In this document: positions 1-8,745 of the stretch, piece after piece
How the letters are laid out: every line of letters starts with the position of its first letter
Numbering within the stretch: position 1 is the first letter of the stretch
DNA from: Methanothrix sp.
GTDB lineage: Archaea > Halobacteriota > Methanosarcinia > Methanotrichales > Methanotrichaceae
Direction of reading: 5' to 3'
Assembly: GCA_037128175.1 (NCBI GenBank)
Contig: JBAXWY010000004.1
Location: forward strand, 64,001-128,000
Length of the DNA stretch: 64,000 nucleotides
The notes under the pieces: model-generated
What the model was told of the DNA's origin: nothing
Seen by the model: the letters and a program-made list of their open reading frames with translations, nothing else
Databases searched by the model: none
Made by a program: the position numbers and the translations under genes

Positions 1-1
1 T

Positions 2-526
2 CGAAAGGGAATTATGCGAACTGATGAGGACGCCGCCTTCACCAGGAAGAGCTGGAATGTCAGCGATCTGGAGCCGCAAATAGCGCTGCCCCACAACGTG
101 GACAATGTTTTGCCGGTAAGCGAGGTGCCGGAGACGAAGCTTGATCAGGTCTTCCTGGGCTCGTGCACCAACGGAAGATTCGAGGACCTGCTGCTTGCCT
201 CGCAGATGATGAAGGGCGAGCCCGTGGCCAAGGGCGTGCGCATGATTGTGGTGCCCGCCAGCCGGGAGGAGTACATGAAATGTCTGCATGCTGGCCTCAT
301 AGAGAAGTTCATGGAGGCGGGGGCCATGTTTGAGTCGGCCTGCTGCGGGCCGTGCATGGGCGGGTCCTTTGGGCTGCTGGGTGCAGGCGAGCGCTGCCTC
401 GCCACGTCCAACCGAAACTTCGTGGGCAGGCAGGGAAGCCCCCAGGCATTTGTCTACCTCTGCTCGCCCGCCACAGCCGGTGCCAGCGCCATCACCGGGT
501 ACATCACCGACCCACGGGAGATTTGA
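2..526 (+). CDS. 3-isopropylmalate dehydratase/homoaconitase family large subunit, C-terminal part (5' end outside window)
   Basis: [12 protein letters not shown] and CGPCMGG Fe-S Cys motifs, STSNRNF-like motif ([12 protein letters not shown]); frame open to window edge. Confidence 0.9.
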   Translation, partial: RKGIMRTDEDAAFTRKSWNVSDLEPQIALPHNVDNVLPVSEVPETKLDQVFLGSCTNGRFEDLLLASQMMKGEPVAKGVRMIVVPASREEYMKCLHAGLIEKFMEAGAMFESACCGPCMGGSFGLLGAGERCLATSNRNFVGRQGSPQAFVYLCSPATAGASAITGYITDPREI

Positions 527-534
527 TCTATTAA

Positions 535-1341
535 ATGAAGGTTGCACTCAAGCTCGCCTACCTGGGCGACAACTACTACGGCTTTCAGAAGCAGCCGGAT
601 CTGGTCACCGTCGATTCCGTGGTTAGGAAGGCGCTGGCCCAAATTGGCGTAATTCACGGCGACTTCTGCTACGCCGGAAGAACGGACCGGGGCGTCTCGG
701 CTCTGGGCCAGGTCATCGACTTTTGGATCGACGAGGACAGGGCCAAGTTGACCCGACCGCGCTGCGTGAACGGCCGGCTGCCCCGCGATATCTGGACCTG
801 GGCCTGGGCCAAAGCCCCCATCGGTTTCAGTGCCCGCTGGAATGCCCAGTGGCGAGAGTACCGTTATCTGCTCTGGCATCCGGGCCTCGATCTGGAGAGG
901 ATGCACGCGGCAGCAGAGCAGCTTTTGGGCGAGCACGACTTTAGAAATTTCTCCTCGGCCAAGGTGGATACGGTGAAGACGCTGCAAAAATTGCAGATCT
1001 CTGAGGAGGGCGGGCTTTTCGTCTTCGACATTCGGGCCAACGGCTTTCTCTGGAATATGGTGCGAAAGATAGTAGGGGCTCTGGAGAAGGTGGGAGCGGG
1101 CCAAAAAGAGATGAGCTGGTTCTCCGATCTTCTGCGCCCGGAGCTGAACCACGGCGCGCCCACCGCCCCAGCGGATGGTCTGATCCTCATGGATGTGGGC
1201 TATGAGGGGCTGGACTGGCAGGTGGACGAGTACTCCCGAGCACGGGCGGCGACGAGCCTTGCGGCAACGGTGCAGAGCAGGATGGCCAGGGCGAGCGTGG
1301 CCAGGGTGATGGAAAGGGCGATGATTGTGGAAAGAGTTTAA
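535..1341 (+). CDS. truA: tRNA pseudouridine(38-40) synthase
   Basis: YYGFQKQP, AGRTDRGVSALGQV catalytic Asp motif, GEHDFRNF, FLWNMVRKIVG. Confidence 0.95.
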   Translation: MKVALKLAYLGDNYYGFQKQPDLVTVDSVVRKALAQIGVIHGDFCYAGRTDRGVSALGQVIDFWIDEDRAKLTRPRCVNGRLPRDIWTWAWAKAPIGFSARWNAQWREYRYLLWHPGLDLERMHAAAEQLLGEHDFRNFSSAKVDTVKTLQKLQISEEGGLFVFDIRANGFLWNMVRKIVGALEKVGAGQKEMSWFSDLLRPELNHGAPTAPADGLILMDVGYEGLDWQVDEYSRARAATSLAATVQSRMARASVARVMERAMIVERV

Positions 1342-1416
1342 TCGCCCCACCAATCCAGGGATTCTTTTTGCAATTGTAGAGAGGAATATCTTCCAGATTC
1401 CATAGGCAGGCGCAGC

Positions 1417-1761
1417 TTACATTTTCTCTTTCAAAATAGCTTCTACATTGTCCATAAACTCCGGTCGGCTCATCTCTTGTAGCTCTTCCGGGGTGAAGAA
1501 TTCATACCAATCATATGGCCTAACTACAAGAACAGACCTGCCATCCTTTTCCATCTTCTCGATGTGGACCAGCTTCGATTTTTCCAAACGTCTAACCGAG
1601 GCATATGTCTTGCCGTTGCTCCAGGCCATCAGCTTGGCCAGAGAATATACGCTCTCTCCGGGACTATTCTCTATTACGTCGTAGAGCTCCAGGTCGGTAT
1701 CAATACCCTTGTCCTCGACTGCTTGAATGGCCTGTGCGATGCTCATGATATGAATACTCAT
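1417..1761 (-). CDS. winged-helix domain hypothetical protein
   Basis: 114 aa; SVYSLAKLMAWSNGKTYASVRRLEKSKLV resembles a wHTH. Confidence 0.6.
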   Translation of the reverse strand: MSIHIMSIAQAIQAVEDKGIDTDLELYDVIENSPGESVYSLAKLMAWSNGKTYASVRRLEKSKLVHIEKMEKDGRSVLVVRPYDWYEFFTPEELQEMSRPEFMDNVEAILKEKM

Positions 1762-1842
1762 TGGAAGTTATTTAAATCTTTTTGCTATTACCAAATATCA
1801 GTATTCCAAACATTTATATCCATATAAGCTATTCTAAAAGGT

Positions 1843-2121
1843 ATGATAGATGCAATGGAAAGACGTGTTTTGACAAGCATCTGTCAGGCAACCAATTCCA
1901 GCAAATCCGCCCATGTTCCTAAGCCTTATTTCATGAAAAAGTTCCAGCAGGACAAGCGCACGAAAAAATTAGCAGAGAAAGCACTCGTTTCTCTCATTGC
2001 ACATGGGTATGTAAGCCTGCACAAAACCCGAAATGAAACGACTTATGAGCTTACTGACATCGGGTTGGATATCTGCCGCGAGATATTTCAAAAATATGGT
2101 AGGGGGATCAAATTGCTATGA
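1843..2121 (+). CDS. small basic winged-helix-like hypothetical protein
   Basis: 92 aa; ALVSLIAHGYV...YELTDIG is a wHTH wing pattern; divergent from 1417..1761 with TATA-like TTTAAAT/TTTATAT between them. Confidence 0.6.
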   Translation: MIDAMERRVLTSICQATNSSKSAHVPKPYFMKKFQQDKRTKKLAEKALVSLIAHGYVSLHKTRNETTYELTDIGLDICREIFQKYGRGIKLL

Positions 2122-2218
2122 TTGCCTCTAAGAACATTATAACTCGATAGACGAACGCTCAAGCTATACTTGAATTAAAGAGCGCATAAATCTAAAGCAT
2201 ACGGAGAATTCGATATAA

Positions 2219-2962
2219 ATGCCCACCCCCGCCTGGCAATACCACGAGCCCGACCACCCCGGCGCCGACTTCGACGCTCTGGCTGAGATCTACGATCGCA
2301 ATATGCAAAAATTTCGAGATGTTCAGGGCGAGATTGAAGAGGTCATGGACTTCCTCACCCTCCGTCCCGATCAGAGCATCCTGGAGATAGGCACGGGCAC
2401 AGGCGAGTTCGCCCTGGCCGCCGCCCGCCGCTGTGCCCGGGTCTACGCCGTGGACCTCTCGCCAGGCATGCTGCGTTATGCCGAAAAGAAGGCCCAGATG
2501 CGCGGTGTGGCCAACGTCGAATTTCTGCCGGGCGGCTTTCTCACCTACCGGCATGAGGGCAAGCCGCTGGACGCCATCGTTAGCCAGATTGCTCTGCACC
2601 ATCTGCCCGACTTTTGGAAGCAGATCGCGCTTTTACGCATGGCAGAGATGCTGGCCGAGGGCGGAAAGCTATGTCTACGGGATGTGGTATACTCCTTTGA
2701 TCCGGCGAAGCACGGGGAATTCCTGGATGAGTTTATCTCGAAGGCCGCAGAAAGAGCAGGCCCGCAGTTTGCTGGCAGAATATCCGACCACGTGAAGAAC
2801 GAGTACTCCACCATGGACTGGATCATGCGGGGCATGATCGAGAGGGCGGGCTTTGAGATAGAAAGGGCGAAGCATAGCCATGGATTCTTCGCCCTCTACC
2901 TGTGCAAGAAGACTACTAATAGCGCATCAGCAGAAGGGATTTCTAATGATCGACTTGGATGA
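2219..2962 (+). CDS. class I SAM-dependent methyltransferase
   Basis: ILEIGTGTG motif I, AVDLSPGML motif II, ALHHLPD. Confidence 0.9.
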   Translation: MPTPAWQYHEPDHPGADFDALAEIYDRNMQKFRDVQGEIEEVMDFLTLRPDQSILEIGTGTGEFALAAARRCARVYAVDLSPGMLRYAEKKAQMRGVANVEFLPGGFLTYRHEGKPLDAIVSQIALHHLPDFWKQIALLRMAEMLAEGGKLCLRDVVYSFDPAKHGEFLDEFISKAAERAGPQFAGRISDHVKNEYSTMDWIMRGMIERAGFEIERAKHSHGFFALYLCKKTTNSASAEGISNDRLG

Positions 2963-4610
2963 GGATGATCTCAGAAAAATGTGCACAGAGGCCTCTTTCG
3001 ACCGGGGGGAGCGATATTTCGAGGAGGGAAGAGTGCGCATCAAGGAGGCAACGCCCACCAGGATAAAGGCGGTTGTGAGAGGGACAGATGATTACCAGGT
3101 GGAAATTGAGCTGGGCGACGAACTCTCAGGCGAATGCAACTGTCCTTACGACTTGGATGGGCTATGCAAACACATAGTTTCTACCTTTCTGGCAGTCATC
3201 CGCGATGATGGGGAGATCGAGCCTCTGATGAAGAAAAGCATCTGTGAATTGGAGGATACTGAATCCCTCCTGAAGCGGGCCGATCCTGAAACTTTGCGAA
3301 ATTTCCTGCTCTCCGAGATGGAACAGCGACCCGATCTTCAGAATCGGTTCAAAGCCGTCTTCGGCAAAAAAGGCGAGGGAAGAAGCCTGAATGATTATAA
3401 GGCTGATGTGGAATCGCTCTACGATGATGTCGAGGATCACGGTTATATCCCTTACGGAGAGGACGTGGATTTCTCTTCGCTAAGCGATCTGGCTGAGATT
3501 TATATTCAGAAAGACGATCTCCTGGAGGCAGCCAAGATCTACCAGGCCATTTCCGAGGTCATAGCTGAGAAAATGGATGATGTGGACGACTCAGACGGCA
3601 ACTATGGAGAAGAGTTCACGGACAGCCTGGATGCATTCACTGACTGCATATCCACGGCCGGACTGGATTCTAATGACAGGAGACCTTACATCAAGTATCT
3701 CTTCGACAGGTACCTGCTAGGTGATCCCGACTATTTCCAGGACGACTACAGCGAAGCCCTGGATAAGCTCTGCAGCGAAGAGGCGGACCGGCGATACTGG
3801 AAAGATCAGCTGGAGCCGCATATGCCTGGTGAGATTCCAAGTGAAAAGGATTGGGGGCACCATCATGATGCAATTGAGCAGGTCTCGATGATGCTTGACC
3901 TTCTCCTAAAACTCGGTGAGAAGGACGAATTTTATGGGCTCATAGAAAAATATTACCGTGCCAGCCATGATCTCTGTCTCAGGTATGGAGAAAAGCTCCT
4001 GGCGGATGGAGAGAAAGCGAAAGCGCTGAAGGTGGCTGAGGAGGGCGTGGCCATCTTTGAAGATCATTTAACCAAGGAATTGCGAGATTTCCTGAGCAGG
4101 ATCTACAAAGAAACCGATCCTAAAAAGTACCGGGATACACTACAGTCGCTATTTCTCCAGAGCGGGGATTGGAAGTATTACGGGCCGCTCAAGAAGTCCT
4201 CTCAGCCGGAGGAGTGGCAAGAGCGGCTGGGCAAGATACTGGCTCACTTTGCAGAGAACAGATCAAACTGGTCCGGCATGAGCAAGCTAATTGATATCTA
4301 TCTTAAAGAGAAGATGTACGATCAGGCCCTGACAGAGGTACTGGCCAAGAGAAGCCTCTCCACTTTGAGACAGTATCAAAATGATCTGGCCTTCCGCTAC
4401 TCTGAGCAGTACTTCAACGTCTACCGGGAGTTAATTATTCCCTTTGCCGATAAGGATACGGGAAGGAAACACTACCAAGAAGTGGTCTCTTATTTGAAGA
4501 GGATGAAATGCATCGAGGGCTACGAAGGGGCCGTTTCAGAGATCGTGGGGCAGCTCAGGGTAGAGCACAGGAGAAAGCCTGCATTCATCGACGAGATGAA
4601 AGAACTCTGA
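2946..4610 (+). CDS. SWIM zinc-finger domain protein
   Basis: RGERYFEEGRV N-terminus, ECNCPYDLDGLCKH SWIM motif, C-terminal HRRKPAFIDEM; ATG 2946 preferred over the ORF-track start. Confidence 0.85.
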   Translation: MIDLDEDDLRKMCTEASFDRGERYFEEGRVRIKEATPTRIKAVVRGTDDYQVEIELGDELSGECNCPYDLDGLCKHIVSTFLAVIRDDGEIEPLMKKSICELEDTESLLKRADPETLRNFLLSEMEQRPDLQNRFKAVFGKKGEGRSLNDYKADVESLYDDVEDHGYIPYGEDVDFSSLSDLAEIYIQKDDLLEAAKIYQAISEVIAEKMDDVDDSDGNYGEEFTDSLDAFTDCISTAGLDSNDRRPYIKYLFDRYLLGDPDYFQDDYSEALDKLCSEEADRRYWKDQLEPHMPGEIPSEKDWGHHHDAIEQVSMMLDLLLKLGEKDEFYGLIEKYYRASHDLCLRYGEKLLADGEKAKALKVAEEGVAIFEDHLTKELRDFLSRIYKETDPKKYRDTLQSLFLQSGDWKYYGPLKKSSQPEEWQERLGKILAHFAENRSNWSGMSKLIDIYLKEKMYDQALTEVLAKRSLSTLRQYQNDLAFRYSEQYFNVYRELIIPFADKDTGRKHYQEVVSYLKRMKCIEGYEGAVSEIVGQLRVEHRRKPAFIDEMKEL

Positions 4611-4672
4611 AGATCTGCGATTGAAAGCGACCTCATGCTAAAGTCCAAATATGAACCGAGAGAATAATTAAA

Positions 4673-5379
4673 TTGATGCATAAACTCACCGCCTTTGTCT
4701 TTGGAAAAGTGCAGATGGCCGGCTACAGATCTAAGGTAGCGACCATAGCCAGAGCATTTGGCCTTAAAGGGTATGTAAGAAATCTGCAGAACGGCAGAGT
4801 GAAGATATTGGCCGAGGGCCCCCTTGACGATCTGGAGCGGTTTCTTAAGGCCATAAAAATTGATAATACTCTTATCAAAGTTGACGATATCCAAAGCGAG
4901 TTTTCCGATGCATTGGGTGCTTACGACGATTTTTTCAAGGTGGCTGGCGAGAATGAGACCGATGCCCGGCTTGATGTTGCTGCCGGTCATCTTAAAGAAC
5001 TGATTGTGGTAGTGAAAGACGGTTTTAAGGAGACGGTCTCCAAGCTAGGGGGCATGGACGGCAGCCTGAAAGAGATCTCCCATAAACAGGACGAAATGAT
5101 AGTGGAGATGAGAGGCGGATTCAAGGAGCTATCCGGAAAGCAGGACGAAATGATAGCCGAGACGAGAGGCGGCTTCAAGGAAAACAACGAACTGCTCCAA
5201 GAGTTCTCCGCAAAGCAAGATTATGTGATCGATGCCATTGACGAAGCCCGCGCGGACGTCGTCTCCGAAGTGCAAGGCCTGCGCTCGGATCTGAAGGGGA
5301 TCTGAAGGGTCGCATGGATGAGCGGCTGCAGAGGATCGAGAGCGATGTGGTGGAGATCAAGGCCCGCATGAGGCCTTAG
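4673..5379 (+). CDS. acylphosphatase domain plus coiled-coil tail; C-terminus frameshifted by an 11-bp duplication (current stop at 5305, ancestral stop at 5379)
   Basis: VFGKVQMAGYR and GYVRNLQNGRV acylphosphatase motifs; GATCTGAAGGG tandem at 5288-5298/5299-5309. Confidence 0.8.
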
Positions 5380-5454
5380 CTCGTTGTCGTTGTAGCCGAC
5401 GGGTTGATCCCTTAGGAGCAGTATTGGGGTAAACATTACCAGGCCGAGAACATA

Positions 5455-5596
5455 TTCGATTCGTGTTCTAGGCCTGCCTGGGGCGGCGTGGCAGTGTCGC
5501 CCTGCAGAAATCCAGGAAACCGGTGAGACGGGGACGCGATCGGGCCCTTGATTGGGGAGAAGCGCCACCATTTGAGAGGCGGCCCGAGGGCCTGGA
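5455..5596 (+). repeat. GC-rich inter-cassette repeat, copy 1 (diverged)
   Basis: GCCTGCCTGGGGCGGCGTGGCAGT; GCAGAAATC at 5504-5512; CGGGCCCTTG ... GAGGCGGCCCGAGGGCCTGG. Confidence 0.85.
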
Positions 5597-5666
5597 GGAT
5601 GATGATATGGAATGCCGCGTTTCCAGATAGACAAAGAATTTATTCTGACAGTTCTGTTATCAATCC

Positions 5667-6797
5667 ATGAGACTCATCTGGATATTTCTGGGCATAATTG
5701 CCATCGCCGCCAGTACGCCAGACAGAACGCTCGAACAAGCGGACAATGCTACTTCAATAGTGTTCGTATTCGACAGGGATTTCGTGCCCTTCACCTATGA
5801 GGAGAACGGCTCGATCCATGGCTTCGAATTGGACCTGCTCCGGCTGCTGGGCGAAGAGGAAGGTTTTCAGATAATTCCAAAGCCAATGGTTTGGACACAG
5901 GCCATGCTCTCCTTCCAGAAAGGAGATGCTGATGTGATAGGAGGATTGGTCAAGACCCAGGAGAGGCAAAAGCTATACAACTTCACAGCCCACCCACATG
6001 GAACTTTTGACATATTGACCTTCGTTTTGGATGATAGTGAAATCAGATCGACTGCCATGCTTCAGGGCAGAAGAGTGACGGCGCAGAAGGGAAGCATTTC
6101 TTTGGACCTCCTCAAGAATCAGACCGGTTCCCTGGTGCAGGCTTACGATTCCGAGGGCGAGGGGCTTCAGGCTCTCCTCCAGGGAAAGGCAGATGCCTTC
6201 GTGGGCGGAGGTTCCACCACATGGTTTAGGATTAAGCAGCAGAACATCTCCGGCATCAGAGCTCTGGCCATGCCCTGGGAGATGCACTCACTCTACTTTG
6301 GGGTAAGAGATGCAAAGCTCTTGCAGTCCCTTAACCGTGGCATGGAGAAGCTGATTTCGGACGGAAGGTACGACCGGCTCTATCGCAGATGGTTTGTGCA
6401 AGAGCTTGGTGAGGCTGAGATTTTGGCCCTGGTGAATGCCTCCCGCCGGGCCGGTTTCAATGCTTATGCACCATACTCGCGCTACTCGGTGGGTTCGGCG
6501 GTGCTCGCCTCCTCGGGCAAGATCTACACCGGCTGCAATGTCGAGAATGCCCTTTATGGCCTGTCCACCAGCGCTCTGAAGGTGGCGGTCTTCAAGGCGG
6601 TATCAGAGGGCGATGGCAACATCCGGGCAGTGGCCAATTACCTACCGGACGGAAAGGCTGCTGCGCCTACAGGAGACGAACGTCAGATCCTATTCGAGCT
6701 AGGCAGAGGCATTCTGGTAGTCCTGGGGGAAGAAGGAAATTATACGACTAAAATGGTGTCTGAAATCTTCCCCTACCCCTTTGAGATGAGGGATTAA
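5667..6797 (+). CDS. secreted family-3 solute-binding protein fused to a degenerate cytidine deaminase domain
   Basis: signal peptide; DFVPFTY..GFELDLL and DGRYDRLYRRWF SBP_bac_3 motifs; AYAPYSRYSVGSAVL..GKIYTGCNVENA CDA fold without the Zn ligands. Confidence 0.85.
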   Translation: MRLIWIFLGIIAIAASTPDRTLEQADNATSIVFVFDRDFVPFTYEENGSIHGFELDLLRLLGEEEGFQIIPKPMVWTQAMLSFQKGDADVIGGLVKTQERQKLYNFTAHPHGTFDILTFVLDDSEIRSTAMLQGRRVTAQKGSISLDLLKNQTGSLVQAYDSEGEGLQALLQGKADAFVGGGSTTWFRIKQQNISGIRALAMPWEMHSLYFGVRDAKLLQSLNRGMEKLISDGRYDRLYRRWFVQELGEAEILALVNASRRAGFNAYAPYSRYSVGSAVLASSGKIYTGCNVENALYGLSTSALKVAVFKAVSEGDGNIRAVANYLPDGKAAAPTGDERQILFELGRGILVVLGEEGNYTTKMVSEIFPYPFEMRD

Positions 6798-6849
6798 ATG
6801 GGTTCACCTTGATAGTGCCGAAATCCTGCGATTTTTGTGCAGGCTCCGG

Positions 6850-6946
6850 GCCTGCCTGCCTGCCCGTGCGCGCCCACCCACGGGCGCGCACACATGCACG
6901 GGAGCGGGCGCGTGCCAGTGGCAGAGCCAGAATCCTGGGAAGGGCG
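6850..6946 (+). repeat. GC-rich inter-cassette repeat, copy 2 (3'-truncated)
   Basis: CGCCCACCCACGGG..CACGGGAGCGGGCGCGTGCC matches copies 3 and 6; degenerate core GTGGCAGAGCCAGAATCCTGG. Confidence 0.75.
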
Positions 6947-7056
6947 ACTACAGCAAAGAGCGCTCTCATGTGTGTGATCTTGGAATTGACGAGATATTTC
7001 AGGGAATAGAGAGAATGAAGAAGGAGAAAGCGAGAGGCCACCAAGATGACAGATGA
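6933..7056 (+). pseudogene. 3' fragment of an antitoxin paralogous to 8729..8947
   Basis: GKGDYSKERSHVCDLGIDEIFQGIER vs GRGDYTKERSHVLGLTLDEIFMGIEK; no 5' half present. Confidence 0.8.
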
Positions 7057-7417
7057 TATTGCAGGAGATAAGACAGCAGCTCGCAGGCAATCCAAGACCC
7101 GTCAGTATTGCGGCTTTGTGGGCGAGACCAATTACAATGAGGCGTTTATTGAAGAGCTCTACCGTGATTGTGAGGAGAGTGGTTATGATTGCAGCCAGAT
7201 TCCTCTGCCGCGGGATGAGCGGATCGTCGTCGATCCCAAGATCGCCCACGGCAAGCCCATCATACGAGGAACGCGAGTGCCTGTGGCCGTCATCCTGGGT
7301 GCGCTGGCCGGGGGCATGCAGATCGATGAGACTGCCCGGGAGTATGGGATAAGTCAGGAGGACGTGAGGGAGGCGATCGGGTACGCGGCCTGGATCGTCT
7401 CTCAAGAAGATATTTAA
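7046..7417 (+). CDS. chimeric ORF: C-terminal fragment of an AbrB-type antitoxin fused to a DUF433 domain
   Basis: SKTRQYCGFVGETNYNEAFIEELYRDCEESGYD matches the C-terminus of 9305..9526; RIVVDPKIAHGKPIIRGTRVPV..EDVREAIGYA is DUF433. Confidence 0.8.
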   Translation: MTDDIAGDKTAARRQSKTRQYCGFVGETNYNEAFIEELYRDCEESGYDCSQIPLPRDERIVVDPKIAHGKPIIRGTRVPVAVILGALAGGMQIDETAREYGISQEDVREAIGYAAWIVSQEDI

Positions 7418-7440
7418 TCCTGGCAAGCCGATGGTAGTTC

Positions 7441-7587
7441 ATGTATGAGCAAGCTACTCCAATGTCAAAGGGAGAACAAGAGAGATCAGCAAATGCTGTT
7501 GAAGGTTTGACTCCTGGCGAGAGACAGCGCCTTGAAGAAAGCATGCGGCGTAATGAAAAACTCATGAAGCGTTTAGCCGAAATGTGA
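7441..7587 (+). CDS. 48-aa small protein, putative Doc-associated antitoxin (below ORF-track cutoff)
   Basis: hand translation MYEQATPMSKGEQERSANAVEGLTPGERQRLEESMRRNEKLMKRLAEM; C-terminal helix like Doc-partner antitoxins; ends 4 bp from the doc stop. Confidence 0.55.
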   Translation: MYEQATPMSKGEQERSANAVEGLTPGERQRLEESMRRNEKLMKRLAEM

Positions 7588-7591
7588 GCGC

Positions 7592-7951
7592 TCAGAGTCT
7601 ACCGGTGTTTTTCAAAAGCCAGATTTTGACTTCATCGACCTGACATTTGTAACTGGCGATTCTTAGCAGCATTCGGATTATTCTCTCTTCTTTTGCAGTG
7701 ATGGCGTACCCTTCGCTGCTCAGGATTAATTCTGCAATTTGAAAGGCAGATCTCTTGTTTCCATCCAGGAACGGGTGGCAATTAGCGACGAAATGCAGAG
7801 CGATTGCAGCTTTGCGGAAAAGATCTGACTCGGCATTGATCTGATCGACCAGGTAATCGATCGTCCCCTGGCAAAGAACTCCATCTATTCCGCCAAAATT
7901 GCGGATTATAAGCTTATGAATATCCAGGATTTTCTCGGAAGTGAGGATCAT
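7592..7951 (-). CDS. Fic/Doc (death-on-curing) family toxin
   Basis: HPFLDGNKRSA Doc-type motif; likely start MILTSEKILDIH; the ORF-track N-terminal extension is translated repeat copy 3. Confidence 0.9.
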   Translation of the reverse strand: MILTSEKILDIHKLIIRNFGGIDGVLCQGTIDYLVDQINAESDLFRKAAIALHFVANCHPFLDGNKRSAFQIAELILSSEGYAITAKEERIIRMLLRIASYKCQVDEVKIWLLKNTGRL

Positions 7952-8004
7952 GATCGCCACCATTGCGTGAGTTGGCATCATTACTACTAACTTGCGGTGC
8001 CAGT

Positions 8005-8216
8005 CAGCCCTCGCCCACCCGCGGGAGCGCGCGCACGGGCATGGGGGCGGGCGCGTGCCTGAGGCAGCGTGGCAGTCGTTGCAGAAATCAGGAGGGATTG
8101 GGAGGACTGGGGCGTGGTCGGGCCCTCGCCTGGGGGAGATCACCGCCGGTACGGGACGGCCCGAGGGCCCCGGCCACGCTGCGAGGGCAAGGGCGCTGTG
8201 TCGTGGTGGCTCCCGC
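8005..8216 (+). repeat. GC-rich inter-cassette repeat, copy 3 (most complete)
   Basis: GCAGAAATC 8081-8089; G-tract block 8094-8122; inverted arms GCGTGGTCGGGCCCTCG/CGAGGGCCCCGGCCACGC and GCGGGAGC/GCTCCCGC. Confidence 0.9.
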
Positions 8217-8304
8217 AAAAGGGCATTTCGAAGAAAAGATTTAATGTCTATGAGGTCATTTTATCTAGCAGCGTTATTGGCCAAATATTAATAATCATGA
8301 TGAT

Positions 8305-8745
8305 ATGAAAGTCTATATGGACGCCTGCTGTTTATGCAGACCCTTTGATGATCGGACACAAGATCGAATTAGGATCGAAACCGAAGCAGTTTTGACCATC
8401 TTGGGCAGGTGTAATGAGGACTGGATTTTGGTCGGAAGTGAGGCAATTGATTTTGAATTATCCGCCGTGATGGATCAGAAGAAAAGAACAGATGCTTTTG
8501 TACTGGCATCCCTTGCCAAAGAAAAAATAAAGACCGACAAGAGAATCATCAAAAGTGCATCAGAGCTTGAAAAACTTGGCTTTAAAACTATGGACGCCGC
8601 ACACATTTCATGTGCAGAACGAGCAGCGGACATTATGTTTACAGTCGATGATGACGTGCAGAGAGTCGCGAGAATAAAACGAAACCAGATCTCTATCGAA
8701 ATAGAGAATCCTTTGAGGTGGTTGATAAATGTCTTCCAAGACTGA
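8305..8745 (+). CDS. PIN domain toxin
   Basis: KVYMDACCLCRPFDD N-terminus; MDAAHISCAE and FTVDD acidic active-site residues. Confidence 0.85.
   Translation: MKVYMDACCLCRPFDDRTQDRIRIETEAVLTILGRCNEDWILVGSEAIDFELSAVMDQKKRTDAFVLASLAKEKIKTDKRIIKSASELEKLGFKTMDAAHISCAERAADIMFTVDDDVQRVARIKRNQISIEIENPLRWLINVFQD

Noticed and set aside
7952-8218. N-terminal extension of the Doc ORF in the track
   Set aside because: It is the translated reverse strand of repeat copy 3; the Doc domain starts near 7951.
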